This document shows positions 1-8,752 of a stretch of 64,000 nucleotides of DNA, one piece after another. A program made the position numbers and the translations under genes. Source of the DNA: Kofleriaceae bacterium (GTDB taxonomy: Bacteria; Myxococcota_A; Polyangia; Haliangiales; Haliangiaceae); NCBI GenBank assembly GCA_965215005.1, contig CBDCCZ010000004.1:317115-381114 (forward strand), written 5' to 3'. Each line of letters begins with the position of its first letter. The stretch's first letter is position 1. A model generated the notes under the pieces. The model ran no database searches. It had not been told where the DNA came from and saw nothing but the letters and a program-made list of their open reading frames with translations.

Positions 1-2
1 TG

Positions 3-122
3 ACCGAGCTCAAGGCCGAGAACCTTGTGCTCAAGGAGCTCGTGCCCGGCCGAGGCCGGCGTGCAGGGACCTATGTCTTCCCCGAGCTACTCAACATCGC
101 GGAAGGAAAGAAGATTTTTTGA
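3..122 (+). CDS. 3' end of upstream gene, probably Fic-family protein (partial)
   Basis: Frame runs off the window edge: TELKAENLVLKELVPGRGRRAGTYVFPELLNIAEGKKIF* (TGA 120-122). 'GRR..xFPELLNIAEG' resembles the C-terminus of Fic/DOC proteins; no catalytic motif is in the window. Confidence 0.45.
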   Translation, partial: TELKAENLVLKELVPGRGRRAGTYVFPELLNIAEGKKIF

Positions 123-148
123 TGATCACCGGTTCGCAGCAACCTGGA

Positions 149-182
149 TTGTCGCTCATGGAATGCGTTCCATGAGCGACAA
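149..182. repeat. Perfect 15-bp inverted repeat (hairpin or operator) upstream of pglZ
   Basis: TTGTCGCTCATGGAA-tgcg-TTCCATGAGCGACAA, with no U-tract. Confidence 0.85.
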
Positions 183-299
183 ATGCACTTGCCTGCCACT
201 GGTGCGCGACAAGACCCGGCTTTGTACGTCGGATTACGCGATGAGCTGGCCACGTGATGGCCACGTCAAGATCATCCACCCGCTCAACGGAGAACGCCA

Positions 300-2594
300 G
301 TGAGCCATCCCCTGCACCAGTACATCGCTGGCCAACTCGACGACATGCTGAAGAAGCGCGGCATCGTCGTCTTCTACGATCCGCGGCGCGAGTTCGAGCC
401 GTTCTTCGACCGCGAGTTGAAGGAGACCGGCACTGGCTACGAGGGCCTCCCGCGCGTCTTCGTGAATGACCGTCTGACCTTCGTCGCGCGGCACGAGGGC
501 TCGTTCTTCGCCCTGCGCCACGCAGTCGAGCCCATCGCGGACCTCGACAAGCCCGACCCGCTCATCGCCTACCTCCCCGGCGTCGAGCGAGACCGGCAAG
601 CGTCGGTTCTGATGGAGCTGGAGAAGAGCGGCCGTACCTACGAGCCAGCGCTGCGGGACCTCGCTCGGAAGATGCTGCTCAAGCTCGGCTATTCGGACGT
701 GCATATTGATCAACTTAAGCTTGCGAAGGCTGGCTACGACGACATCGTTTCGTTCCTGCACCAGGGCGAGGAAGGCACCTCGGCCTCGGTGCTTCGGACC
801 ATCTTCGATGGCGCGCAGAGCGAGGCCCTCATCACCCGGTGGCTCGCTGACGAGGACAAGGACGAGACCATTGTCGAGAAGGACGCCACGGTCGAGCTCT
901 TCAAGCTCATCGAGTCGCGCCTCGGTCTACCGGTGCCGGAGAACACCTCCGTCACCGAGACGCGAGACAAAGTCCTCCGCTACGTTCTCGTCGGCGAGTT
1001 TCGCTCCGACCTCGAATGCGATCCGCCGCAATCGGTCGGAATGGTGCCCGAGCCCCCGAGCAAGGAGCACGTCGAGCGACTCCGGGATGTTGCGGAGAGC
1101 CTTCGACGTGGCCATGCAGACCGCTACGTGGCCCTCGCCAGCAAGGTCGAAGCCGACCTCGGACTCGGCAAAGCAAAGATCGACGCCGGTCACCTCGGCA
1201 ACATCGACACCTTCCGTTTCGAGGAGCGGGCGCTCTTGGCCTACGCTGGCGAGCTCATCTGTGCTCGCGAGTACAAGAAAGCGCTCGGCATCGTCGCTGG
1301 TCGCAGCCGCAGCTTCTGGGTCGACCGCGACGTGGGCCGGCAGGCGCAGTGGGAAGCCTGTCGTCTGATGGCCGAGCTCGATCGCGAGATCGAAAAGGTC
1401 CGTCCCGCGTTGTCCAAGGGCAACGGCAATCCGGCCAAGTGGGTTCAGGCGTATTCGACCGAGGACGGCTGGTTTCGCGTCGACGAGCTTCAGCGTCGGC
1501 TCGAAACCTGGGTCGCCAAGATGGACGAGGAGCCCGAGACCGAGAAGGGTCTCGCTGTCGTCCGGCGCGAGCACGAAGAGCTCCTCAAGAAGATGGCCGA
1601 CGGCTTCGCCAAGGTCCTTGGCGCGGCCGCTTGGACCGTTCCCGGAGCCCTGCATCAGACGCGGGTCTACCCGGAGGTGGTCCAGACCATGGGTGGCCGG
1701 GTCCCCTACTTCTTCGTCGATGCCATGCGCTTCGAGATGGGTGTAGAGCTCGCCCGCCAGCTCGAGGGCACCAAGGACCTCACCATGCGGCCCGCCATCG
1801 CGGCACTGCCGACGATCACGCCGGTCGGCATGGCAGCGCTGCTGCCCGGCGCGTCCGCGAGCTTCTCGGTCGTGGAGCGCAAGGGCAAGCTTGCCGCGAG
1901 CATCGAGGGTACGGAGATGTCCGGCTTCAGTGAGCGCCTCAAGTTCCTCAAGGCCAAGGTTCCGGATGTCACCGACATCGCCCTCGGCAAGCTGCTCGGC
2001 AGCTCGACTTCCAAGTTGAGCAAGTCGATCGGGGACGCCTCACTGGTGGTTGTGCGCTCCCAGGAGATCGATGCGCTGGGCGAGAACGTCGACGAGCTCA
2101 CCGCCCGTGCGGCCATGGAGGGCGTCATCGGCAACGTCGCCCGTGCGATTCGGAAGCTCGCGTCGGCCGGCATCGAGAACTTCGTGGTCACCGCCGACCA
2201 CGGCCACCAGTTCTCGATTCGCAAAGACGACGACATGAAGACCGACAATCCGGGTGGCGACACGGTGGACATCCACCGCCGGTGCTGGATTGGGCACGGC
2301 GGCACCACGCCCCCTGGCACGGTCCGCGCTTCGGGGGCCGAGCTCGGCTACGACACCAACCTCGACTTCGTCTTCCCGACCGGGCTGGGGGTATTCAAAA
2401 CCGGCGGCGGTTTGAGTTTTCATCACGGAAGCGTCAGCCTGCAGGAGCTTGTCATCCCGGTGCTATCGTTGCGCATTCCCCGAAGGCGCAGAAGGCGATC
2501 CACGGGCGCAGTCGCGGAGATTCGAGGGGTTCCATCCGTTCTCACGAACAGAACATTTGGCGTTCAGATCTTCTTCTCTGAACAACGGGCGTAA
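300..2594 (+). CDS. pglZ: BREX PglZ-domain phosphatase (type 1-like), truncated by IS66; N-terminal 764 aa
   Basis: PglZ/alkaline-phosphatase motifs FFVDAMRFE, LPTITPVGMAALLP, VTADHGH and HHGSVSLQE. The stop is supplied by the IS end (GCG TAA). brxL follows. Confidence 0.9.
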   Translation: MSHPLHQYIAGQLDDMLKKRGIVVFYDPRREFEPFFDRELKETGTGYEGLPRVFVNDRLTFVARHEGSFFALRHAVEPIADLDKPDPLIAYLPGVERDRQASVLMELEKSGRTYEPALRDLARKMLLKLGYSDVHIDQLKLAKAGYDDIVSFLHQGEEGTSASVLRTIFDGAQSEALITRWLADEDKDETIVEKDATVELFKLIESRLGLPVPENTSVTETRDKVLRYVLVGEFRSDLECDPPQSVGMVPEPPSKEHVERLRDVAESLRRGHADRYVALASKVEADLGLGKAKIDAGHLGNIDTFRFEERALLAYAGELICAREYKKALGIVAGRSRSFWVDRDVGRQAQWEACRLMAELDREIEKVRPALSKGNGNPAKWVQAYSTEDGWFRVDELQRRLETWVAKMDEEPETEKGLAVVRREHEELLKKMADGFAKVLGAAAWTVPGALHQTRVYPEVVQTMGGRVPYFFVDAMRFEMGVELARQLEGTKDLTMRPAIAALPTITPVGMAALLPGASASFSVVERKGKLAASIEGTEMSGFSERLKFLKAKVPDVTDIALGKLLGSSTSKLSKSIGDASLVVVRSQEIDALGENVDELTARAAMEGVIGNVARAIRKLASAGIENFVVTADHGHQFSIRKDDDMKTDNPGGDTVDIHRRCWIGHGGTTPPGTVRASGAELGYDTNLDFVFPTGLGVFKTGGGLSFHHGSVSLQELVIPVLSLRIPRRRRRRSTGAVAEIRGVPSVLTNRTFGVQIFFSEQRA

Positions 2595-2705
2595 GCGCCC
2601 GACAGCGCGCACCTGCCTAAGGCGGTGCGGCCGTGCGAAAAGGCGGGGGTGAAATGTAGTGAACCAGGAAGAGCCGCCGAGGACGGGCTCGCCGGCGCTT
2701 TGGCG

Positions 2706-4313
2706 TCAGGAGAGAGTATCGCCGGCGGGCTGCTCTGGGCACTCGCGGGCGGCGAGCCAGGCGCGTGGCAGGAGCTCAGGGGCGCGGCTCATCATCCAGC
2801 CGTTAGCGACTTTGTCGATGACATCGGCGAGGTAGTCGTAGGGGTTGACGCCGTCGATCTCGCACTGGAGAACGAGCGAGAGGAGGATGGCAAAGCGCTG
2901 ACCTGCCTCGATGCTGCCGACGAAGAGGCAGTTTTTGCGGAAGATGCCGACGGTGCGCAGCCGGCGCTCGACGTGGGCGTTGGAGATGGGCAGCGAGCCA
3001 TCGGTAAGAAAGACCTCGAGTGTTGGCAGCTGGCGTTGAAAGTAGACGACGGCTTTGCCCAATGGACTCTTGCTGCCTGCTTGCGGCGCGAGTTTGGCAA
3101 CGGCCTCTGTGAGCCGCTTCCAGGTCGGCACCGACGCGGCAGCGCGCAGCGTGCCCCGCCCCACGTCATCTAACCCGCGCTCTTTAGCCTCGCGTTCGAT
3201 GGCGTAGAGTGCTTTGTAGATGTCGACGATCGGCTGAGCTCGTCGATCGCCTTGCTCGAGCGCGGCCACGAATTTGCGGCGTGCATGGTCGTTGCAGCCG
3301 ACGCGGATAGGTCCACCTTCGCGGGCGAATAGCGGATTGATGCCGCCATAGCCGTCGCCTTCGATGCTGCCGGAAAAACTAGAAAGCACAGCGCGAGGGT
3401 GCTTTCCTTTCCAGTCTTCGCTGAATTCAGCGTAAGCGATACGACTGATGTCGCCAAGGTAAAGCCATTGACGGCCGCGCACCATCGTCTTGCCGCTTGG
3501 CGAGCCGCGGCCTTGTGCCTTGAGCGGTGTGTCGTCCAAACTGATGAGTCTAGACTTTAGAAGCTCTGTTCGCAGGAGCGGATGGAGAAACGCCAGCATG
3601 CGTGCCGTCTCGCCGAACCAGTCGTTGAGGGTCGAAATAGCTAGATTTGCACCATGGCGGCGGAGTCCGCGGGCAATACGCTCGATCGGCAGACCATCGA
3701 GCACTTTGCCAACCACCAAATGGGCAAGCAAGCTGGCTGACGCCATGCTACCGGAGATGGGCTTTGCAGGCAGTTGAGGCGGCGCCGTTACGATGCCGTC
3801 GTCGCAGCGCCGACATGCGTACTTGAAGCGGTGCTCTTCCAGCTTATAGAGCTGCGCCGGCTGAAAGATGATGCGCCGCTGGATATCTGGCGGCAGCTCC
3901 GCTCGCGTCTTGCCGCACGAGCCGCAGTTACGCTCGTCGCCAGTGAGGCGTGCTTCGACCACCTCGACACGTAGCTCCTTGCCACGACGCACTCGCTTCT
4001 GTTTTGGCTTTGCCGGCGCGCTGCGTTCAACTTCCACTGGCTCCGGGGAAGTCACTTCGCGGTTGAAGGCGAGCACATTCAACAGATCCAGCGCTAACTG
4101 TCCAGCGGGCACCGCTTCAGCCTTCTTGCGATATGGTGCGCCGATCAACCATCGCACGCGCTCGCTGAGCTCGGACACCTCGTCTCCGAGCGAGCTCAGC
4201 AGAGCAATGATGCGATCCACCGTCGCGCGTTCCGCGTCGCTCACCTTGTCTCGAAGCGCATCGAGCGCCTCAAGTGCCTCGTGAACCTCTGTGCGCGCTG
4301 CCGTCACCTGCAC
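2706..4313 (-). CDS. tnpC: IS66 DDE transposase TnpC
   Basis: Coiled-coil N-terminus, zinc finger CGSC...CRRC, 'SLDDTP', 'EGDGYGG', 'CNDHARRKF', 'ISNAHVERRLR', 'NPYDYLADV', 'ELLPRAW'. Confidence 0.95.
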   Translation of the reverse strand: MQVTAARTEVHEALEALDALRDKVSDAERATVDRIIALLSSLGDEVSELSERVRWLIGAPYRKKAEAVPAGQLALDLLNVLAFNREVTSPEPVEVERSAPAKPKQKRVRRGKELRVEVVEARLTGDERNCGSCGKTRAELPPDIQRRIIFQPAQLYKLEEHRFKYACRRCDDGIVTAPPQLPAKPISGSMASASLLAHLVVGKVLDGLPIERIARGLRRHGANLAISTLNDWFGETARMLAFLHPLLRTELLKSRLISLDDTPLKAQGRGSPSGKTMVRGRQWLYLGDISRIAYAEFSEDWKGKHPRAVLSSFSGSIEGDGYGGINPLFAREGGPIRVGCNDHARRKFVAALEQGDRRAQPIVDIYKALYAIEREAKERGLDDVGRGTLRAAASVPTWKRLTEAVAKLAPQAGSKSPLGKAVVYFQRQLPTLEVFLTDGSLPISNAHVERRLRTVGIFRKNCLFVGSIEAGQRFAILLSLVLQCEIDGVNPYDYLADVIDKVANGWMMSRAPELLPRAWLAARECPEQPAGDTLS

Positions 4314-4341
4314 TCTTCGCTAGCAGGCGGCGGATCGAAGT

Positions 4342-4680
4342 TCAAGTGCTTTGCGACATCTCTTGCACCAACTCAGCGCGCGTAAGCAGTCGACTTAGCT
4401 CCGCTTGCGTTATCTCAGCAGCGCATTGATCATTTTTGATCGAAAGGCGCATCTGAAACGTGCCCTTCACCAGCCGCTTGCTCAGTAAGCAGTACCCGCC
4501 TTGATCAAAGAACAAGATCTTGATCATATCGCCGCGACGGTTGCGAAACAGATACAGGTCGCCACCTTCTGGCTCCCGCTCGAGCTGTTCGCGCACCAGC
4601 GTCGACAGCCCATCCATCTGCTTGCGCATGTCACACGGCGACGCATACGCAAAGACGCGCGCGGCACGGTTACTCAGCAT
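4342..4680 (-). CDS. tnpB: IS66 accessory protein TnpB
   Basis: 'DMRKQMDGL', 'LYLFRNRRGDMIKILFFDQGGYCLLSKRLVKGTF'. ATG 4680 has a GGAGG RBS. Confidence 0.95.
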   Translation of the reverse strand: MLSNRAARVFAYASPCDMRKQMDGLSTLVREQLEREPEGGDLYLFRNRRGDMIKILFFDQGGYCLLSKRLVKGTFQMRLSIKNDQCAAEITQAELSRLLTRAELVQEMSQST

Positions 4681-5059
4681 GGTCGCCTCCCAAGACTGCC
4701 ATCCAAGGCCGTAGCGACACCGCATTCCAGTCGCCACGAAACACCATCGTTGCGCCAGTTCGCAGCGTGACCTCGACCTGCCGCCGATCCATCGTCTGCT
4801 CTGGCTCATCCACCACCAGGACCGGCACGAAGCCGCCCGTTCCCGCCATCGATCTTGCAAGCGGCTCCGCGCCAAGCCTCTTGCGCCAATACTGAATTCG
4901 GTGCGACGCGACCCCTGTTCGGCGCGAATAGCCGGCGTCACTTTCGCCGCTAGCCGCCAACTCCTCCAACATCGCCGCTCCCTCCGCCGCGCTCCACCGC
5001 GCACGACCGCCCAGCGGGGCAGCTGATTGGCCCTGATCTCGCTCTCGTTGATGCTTCAT
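4670..5059 (-). CDS. tnpA: IS66 TnpA (HTH)
   Basis: 'ASGESDAGYSRRTGV...YWRKRL...FVPV...VEVTLRTG' pattern. First ORF of the element, with an AGGAGG RBS. Confidence 0.85.
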   Translation of the reverse strand: MKHQRERDQGQSAAPLGGRARWSAAEGAAMLEELAASGESDAGYSRRTGVASHRIQYWRKRLGAEPLARSMAGTGGFVPVLVVDEPEQTMDRRQVEVTLRTGATMVFRGDWNAVSLRPWMAVLGGDHAE

Positions 5060-5127
5060 GCCCTCCTACTGACCATGAAGCCGCGCATCGCAGTAGGTGC
5101 GGACTGTCGGGCGGATACCAACGGGCG

Positions 5128-5391
5128 TTGGATAATCCTCCCCAGGATTATTTCTCTGTGCGTGTCGTTCTTCTCGCCGGTGGCGAGGAAGTCGGCAACG
5201 CCGGAATGGCCGTCGATGCTGACCTGGATCGCACCACAGGTGTCCTCCGTGTGCAGCCCGGCTCTAAGGCGAGTGTGGGCCTGATGCTGAGTCGGGACAC
5301 GGTGCCGTCGTTCCGGATCGTGGTCATCGAGACGTCGACCGACATGGTTCTCGTGCAGACCCCAGAGATCCCGGTGAAGCTAGGAATCTAG
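5128..5391 (+). pseudogene. pglZ: C-terminal 87 aa of pglZ, separated by IS66
   Basis: Removing the IS and one TSD copy joins FFSEQRA to LDNPPQDYFSVRVV...VKLGI* in frame (851 aa). Ends 4 nt before brxL. Confidence 0.9.
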
Positions 5392-5395
5392 TGAA

Positions 5396-7435
5396 ATGAA
5401 TGAGCAAATGCCACAGAGGGATCTTCTTGACGACAAAGTTAACCGCGTCTTCGCTGGTAAGGTCGTCCGCAAGGACCTGGTCCGGAAGGTCAAGGTCGGC
5501 GCCAACGTGCCGGTGTTCGTGCTCGAGTATCTGCTCGGCAAGTATTGCGCCTCCAGTGACGAGATGGCCATCCAGATGGGCCTTCAGGTCGTCAATGACA
5601 CGCTGGCCGACAACTACATTCGGCCGGACGAGAGCACCAAGGCGCAGAGCAAGGTTAAGGAAGCGGGCAAGCACACCTTCATCGACAAGGTGAAGGTCCG
5701 TCTCGTTGATTCGCAATATTGGGCCGAGGTCACCAACTTCGGCCATAAGTACGTGCACGTCCCCGACCATTACGTTCGCGACTTCGACCGGCTGCTCACC
5801 GGTGGCATCTGGGCCCAGGTCGACATGCGCTTCGAATACGACGAGGAAACGAAGGGCAAGTATCCCTTCTGGATCGATAAGCTCACGCCGATCCAGCTTG
5901 CGACCTTCGACCTCGAGGACTACCGCAACCTTCGCAGCGAGTTCACCACCGACGAGTGGCTCGACCTCATGGTGCGCAGCATGGGCTACGAGCCTGCTGT
6001 CATGGAGCGGCGCCTCAAGCTCCTGTTCCTCACCCGGCTCATTCCGCTGTGCGAGCGCAACTACAACCTGGTCGAGCTCGGACCTCGCGGCACCGGCAAG
6101 AGCTACGCGGTCCAGGAAATCTCGCCGTACTCAGCACTGCTGACCGGGCCCACCACGGTCGCCAATCTCTTCGGTCAACAGCAGGGCCGCTATAAGGGCA
6201 TGGTCCAGATCTGGGACGCCATCGGCTTCGACGAGGTCGCCGACCTGCAGAAGATGCCGAAGGAAGTCATAACCACGATGAAGACCTACTGCGAGTCGGG
6301 CCAGTTCCAGCGTGGCCAGGAAGCGATGGCCGGCTACGCCAGCATCGCGATGTTCGGCAACACTCAACAGCCCATCGACGTGATGGTCCAGACCGGACAC
6401 CTCTTCGCGCCCATGCCCGACGTTATTCGCGATGACATGGCCTTCATCGACCGCCTCCACTTCTACCTCCCGGGCTGGGAAGTGCCGAAGATGCGGAACG
6501 AGCATTTCACGAACCACTACGGATTCGTCGTCGACTACCTCGCCGAGGCCCTCCGCGACCTGCGCAAACACAACTATACCGAGATCATCGACCACCACTT
6601 CGGCCTCGGCACGCATCTCAACGCTCGCGACCGCAAAGCAGTGCGACGCACCGTCTCTGGCCTTGTGAAGATCCTGCACCCGCACGGGCAGGTCTCCAGG
6701 AACGACATGGAGGAGCTCCTGACCCTCGCGCTCGAGGGCCGCCGACGCGTCAAGGAGCAGCTCAAGAAGATGGGCTCCTTCGAGTACTACCAAACCTCCT
6801 TCAGTTACCAAGTCAGCGAGACCGGCGAAGAGAGGTTCGTCGGCGTGCCCGAGCAGGGCGGCAAGGACCTCATCTCGCCCGATCCCCTGGCCCCCGGAAC
6901 CATCTACAGCGCGTCGGTAAGCGGCGACGGCACCGTCGGCATGTACCGGCTCGAGCTCACCACCTCATCCGGCAGCGGCAAGCTCAAGCCCGCCGGCGGC
7001 ATCTCCGGCGCGTTGAAGGAATCCATCAACCGCGCCTTCAGCTACCTACTCGCCAACAAGGGCTCCTTCGGCGTCGCCCGCGAAGTAGACACCTCCGACT
7101 TTCACGTCGAGGTCATCGACCTCCTCGGCAACAAGGTCGAGGCCGAGCTCGGCGTCGCCTTCTTCGTCGCCGCCTACTCGATGCTCCGCAAGGCGCCACC
7201 GCAACCCGGCCTCCTCGTCCTCGGCGACATGAGCGTCCAGGGCAACGTCAAACCCGTGCGCTCCCTCACCGAGCCGCTCCAAGTCGCCATGGACAACGGC
7301 GCCAAACGAGCCCTCATCCCGATCGAAAACAAGCGCCAGTTCCTCGAGGTAAATGCGGACGTCCTCGAGCACGTGGACCCCGTCTTCTACGGTGACCTGC
7401 GACAGGCGGCGTTCAAGGCCCTGGGGCTGAACTAG
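5396..7435 (+). CDS. brxL: BREX Lon-like AAA+ protein BrxL
   Basis: 'FAGKVVRKDL', 'NVPVFVLEYLLGKYC', Walker A GPRGTGKS, Walker B-like FDEVAD, 'AFIDRLHFYLPGWEVPK', C-terminal Lon-like domain. Confidence 0.95.
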   Translation: MNEQMPQRDLLDDKVNRVFAGKVVRKDLVRKVKVGANVPVFVLEYLLGKYCASSDEMAIQMGLQVVNDTLADNYIRPDESTKAQSKVKEAGKHTFIDKVKVRLVDSQYWAEVTNFGHKYVHVPDHYVRDFDRLLTGGIWAQVDMRFEYDEETKGKYPFWIDKLTPIQLATFDLEDYRNLRSEFTTDEWLDLMVRSMGYEPAVMERRLKLLFLTRLIPLCERNYNLVELGPRGTGKSYAVQEISPYSALLTGPTTVANLFGQQQGRYKGMVQIWDAIGFDEVADLQKMPKEVITTMKTYCESGQFQRGQEAMAGYASIAMFGNTQQPIDVMVQTGHLFAPMPDVIRDDMAFIDRLHFYLPGWEVPKMRNEHFTNHYGFVVDYLAEALRDLRKHNYTEIIDHHFGLGTHLNARDRKAVRRTVSGLVKILHPHGQVSRNDMEELLTLALEGRRRVKEQLKKMGSFEYYQTSFSYQVSETGEERFVGVPEQGGKDLISPDPLAPGTIYSASVSGDGTVGMYRLELTTSSGSGKLKPAGGISGALKESINRAFSYLLANKGSFGVAREVDTSDFHVEVIDLLGNKVEAELGVAFFVAAYSMLRKAPPQPGLLVLGDMSVQGNVKPVRSLTEPLQVAMDNGAKRALIPIENKRQFLEVNADVLEHVDPVFYGDLRQAAFKALGLN

Positions 7436-7444
7436 GGAGATACC

Positions 7445-8752
7445 ATGGTCAAGAAGCCTCTCACGCCCGATCCGGGTGCCAACGCGTCAGCCATACCGAG
7501 CGCTGCCCCGGAAGAGCAGACTATCTGTGCTAGGCGGGGCGGCCAGTGGCTGTCGCCTGACGACCTGCAGGCGCAGCTGGCATGCCTCCTTCGGCTCGAC
7601 AATATTGGCGTACTCCTGGGCTCGGGCGCATCCATGGGAACGCTGGGCGGCATGACGATTGCGAGGCTGTGGGAACACTTCGAGTCGACCTATGGAGACA
7701 GCGCGAAGTGGCTTCAGGACAACGGGTTCACGGAAGCGGGGGACGCTCCAAACGTCGAGCAACTGGCCGACGCCATCGAAGTCGCTGCGCTCGAGTGGCG
7801 ACGTGCGAAGAATACGGAGCTTTCCAAGCTACTGGGCGCGCAAGCCGACCTTGCCCGGGCCGTGATCCATGCGGCGCTTCTTCAACAGAAGTGGTGGGAG
7901 GAGCCAGCGCTCGTGGATGTGGACGTTCCCGAACTGAAGCATCACCGCGCCCTCCTCCAGAAGCTGACCGCAGCGAGGCAACCAGGGCAGCCTGCGCCGT
8001 GGGTCTTCACCACGAACTACGACCTGGCCGTCGAATGGGCCGCGGAGTCGATTAACCTCAAGGTCATCAACGGCTTCGACGGTCTTCACCGTCGAGTCTT
8101 TTCGCCGCACAATTTCGATCTGGGGTGGCGAAACGTGCTGGCTCGCGGTGAGGCAAGATTCGGCACGTATCATGTGTACCTAGCGAAGGTGCACGGCTCG
8201 CTTTCCTGGCACAGCGAGGAAGACGGTACCGTTGTCGAACTACCCGCGTCAGCGCGCTGGGCCGTATTTGACAAGCTCTTCCAAGGCGACACGAGCAAGG
8301 CGGCTGGGTTGCTCGTTCTGCCGAGCGCTGCGAAGTACATGCAGACCGTAGGCTTCGCTCTCGGCGAGCTGTTCAGACGGCTCGCCGAGTTCCTTGCCCG
8401 TCCGCAAACGGCAATCGTCACGAATGGCTACTCGTTTTCCGACGACCACCTCAACAGGTTGCTCATCACTGCGCTGCAGAACCCCACGCTTCAACTCGTA
8501 ATGTACCTGCCGGAGGCTCGGCGCGACGGCGACAATCTCGACCTCTCGGGCTGCTCGCCGTGGGCACGGAAAGTCCTAGCCCTCGAGTCTCCTCAAGTGA
8601 CCATCGTGGGCGGCGGTGCTGATGCGTACTTCGACGCGATGACTCGACAGCTTCCAGATCCGGCTGTGTACGACGAGCAGGCTGCGCGGATGCGCTCCAT
8701 CGTGAGGGAGCTTGGAACAGCGGCTAGGTCCGACCAGCAGAGACAAGCATGA
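7445..8752 (+). CDS. SIR2-family NADase of a Sir2-HerA anti-phage system
   Basis: 'LDNIGVLLGSGAS', 'RQPGQPAPWVFTTNYDLAVEWAAE', 'GEARFGTYHVYLAKVHGSL', 'NGYSFSDDHLN'. ATGA overlap with herA. Confidence 0.92.
   Translation: MVKKPLTPDPGANASAIPSAAPEEQTICARRGGQWLSPDDLQAQLACLLRLDNIGVLLGSGASMGTLGGMTIARLWEHFESTYGDSAKWLQDNGFTEAGDAPNVEQLADAIEVAALEWRRAKNTELSKLLGAQADLARAVIHAALLQQKWWEEPALVDVDVPELKHHRALLQKLTAARQPGQPAPWVFTTNYDLAVEWAAESINLKVINGFDGLHRRVFSPHNFDLGWRNVLARGEARFGTYHVYLAKVHGSLSWHSEEDGTVVELPASARWAVFDKLFQGDTSKAAGLLVLPSAAKYMQTVGFALGELFRRLAEFLARPQTAIVTNGYSFSDDHLNRLLITALQNPTLQLVMYLPEARRDGDNLDLSGCSPWARKVLALESPQVTIVGGGADAYFDAMTRQLPDPAVYDEQAARMRSIVRELGTAARSDQQRQA

Larger units (their letters stand above)
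2591..5118 (-). mobile_element. Complete IS66-family insertion sequence (2528 bp)
   Basis: Terminal IRs GTAAGCGCCCGACAGCGCGCACCTGC (2591-2616) and 5093-5118 match at 21/26. 8-bp direct repeat CAACGGGC at 2583-2590 and 5119-5126. Contains tnpA-tnpB-tnpC. Confidence 0.97.

Noticed and set aside
25..303. 92-aa ORF upstream of pglZ
   Set aside because: It overlaps the better-supported upstream frame and the palindrome, and has no protein-like features.
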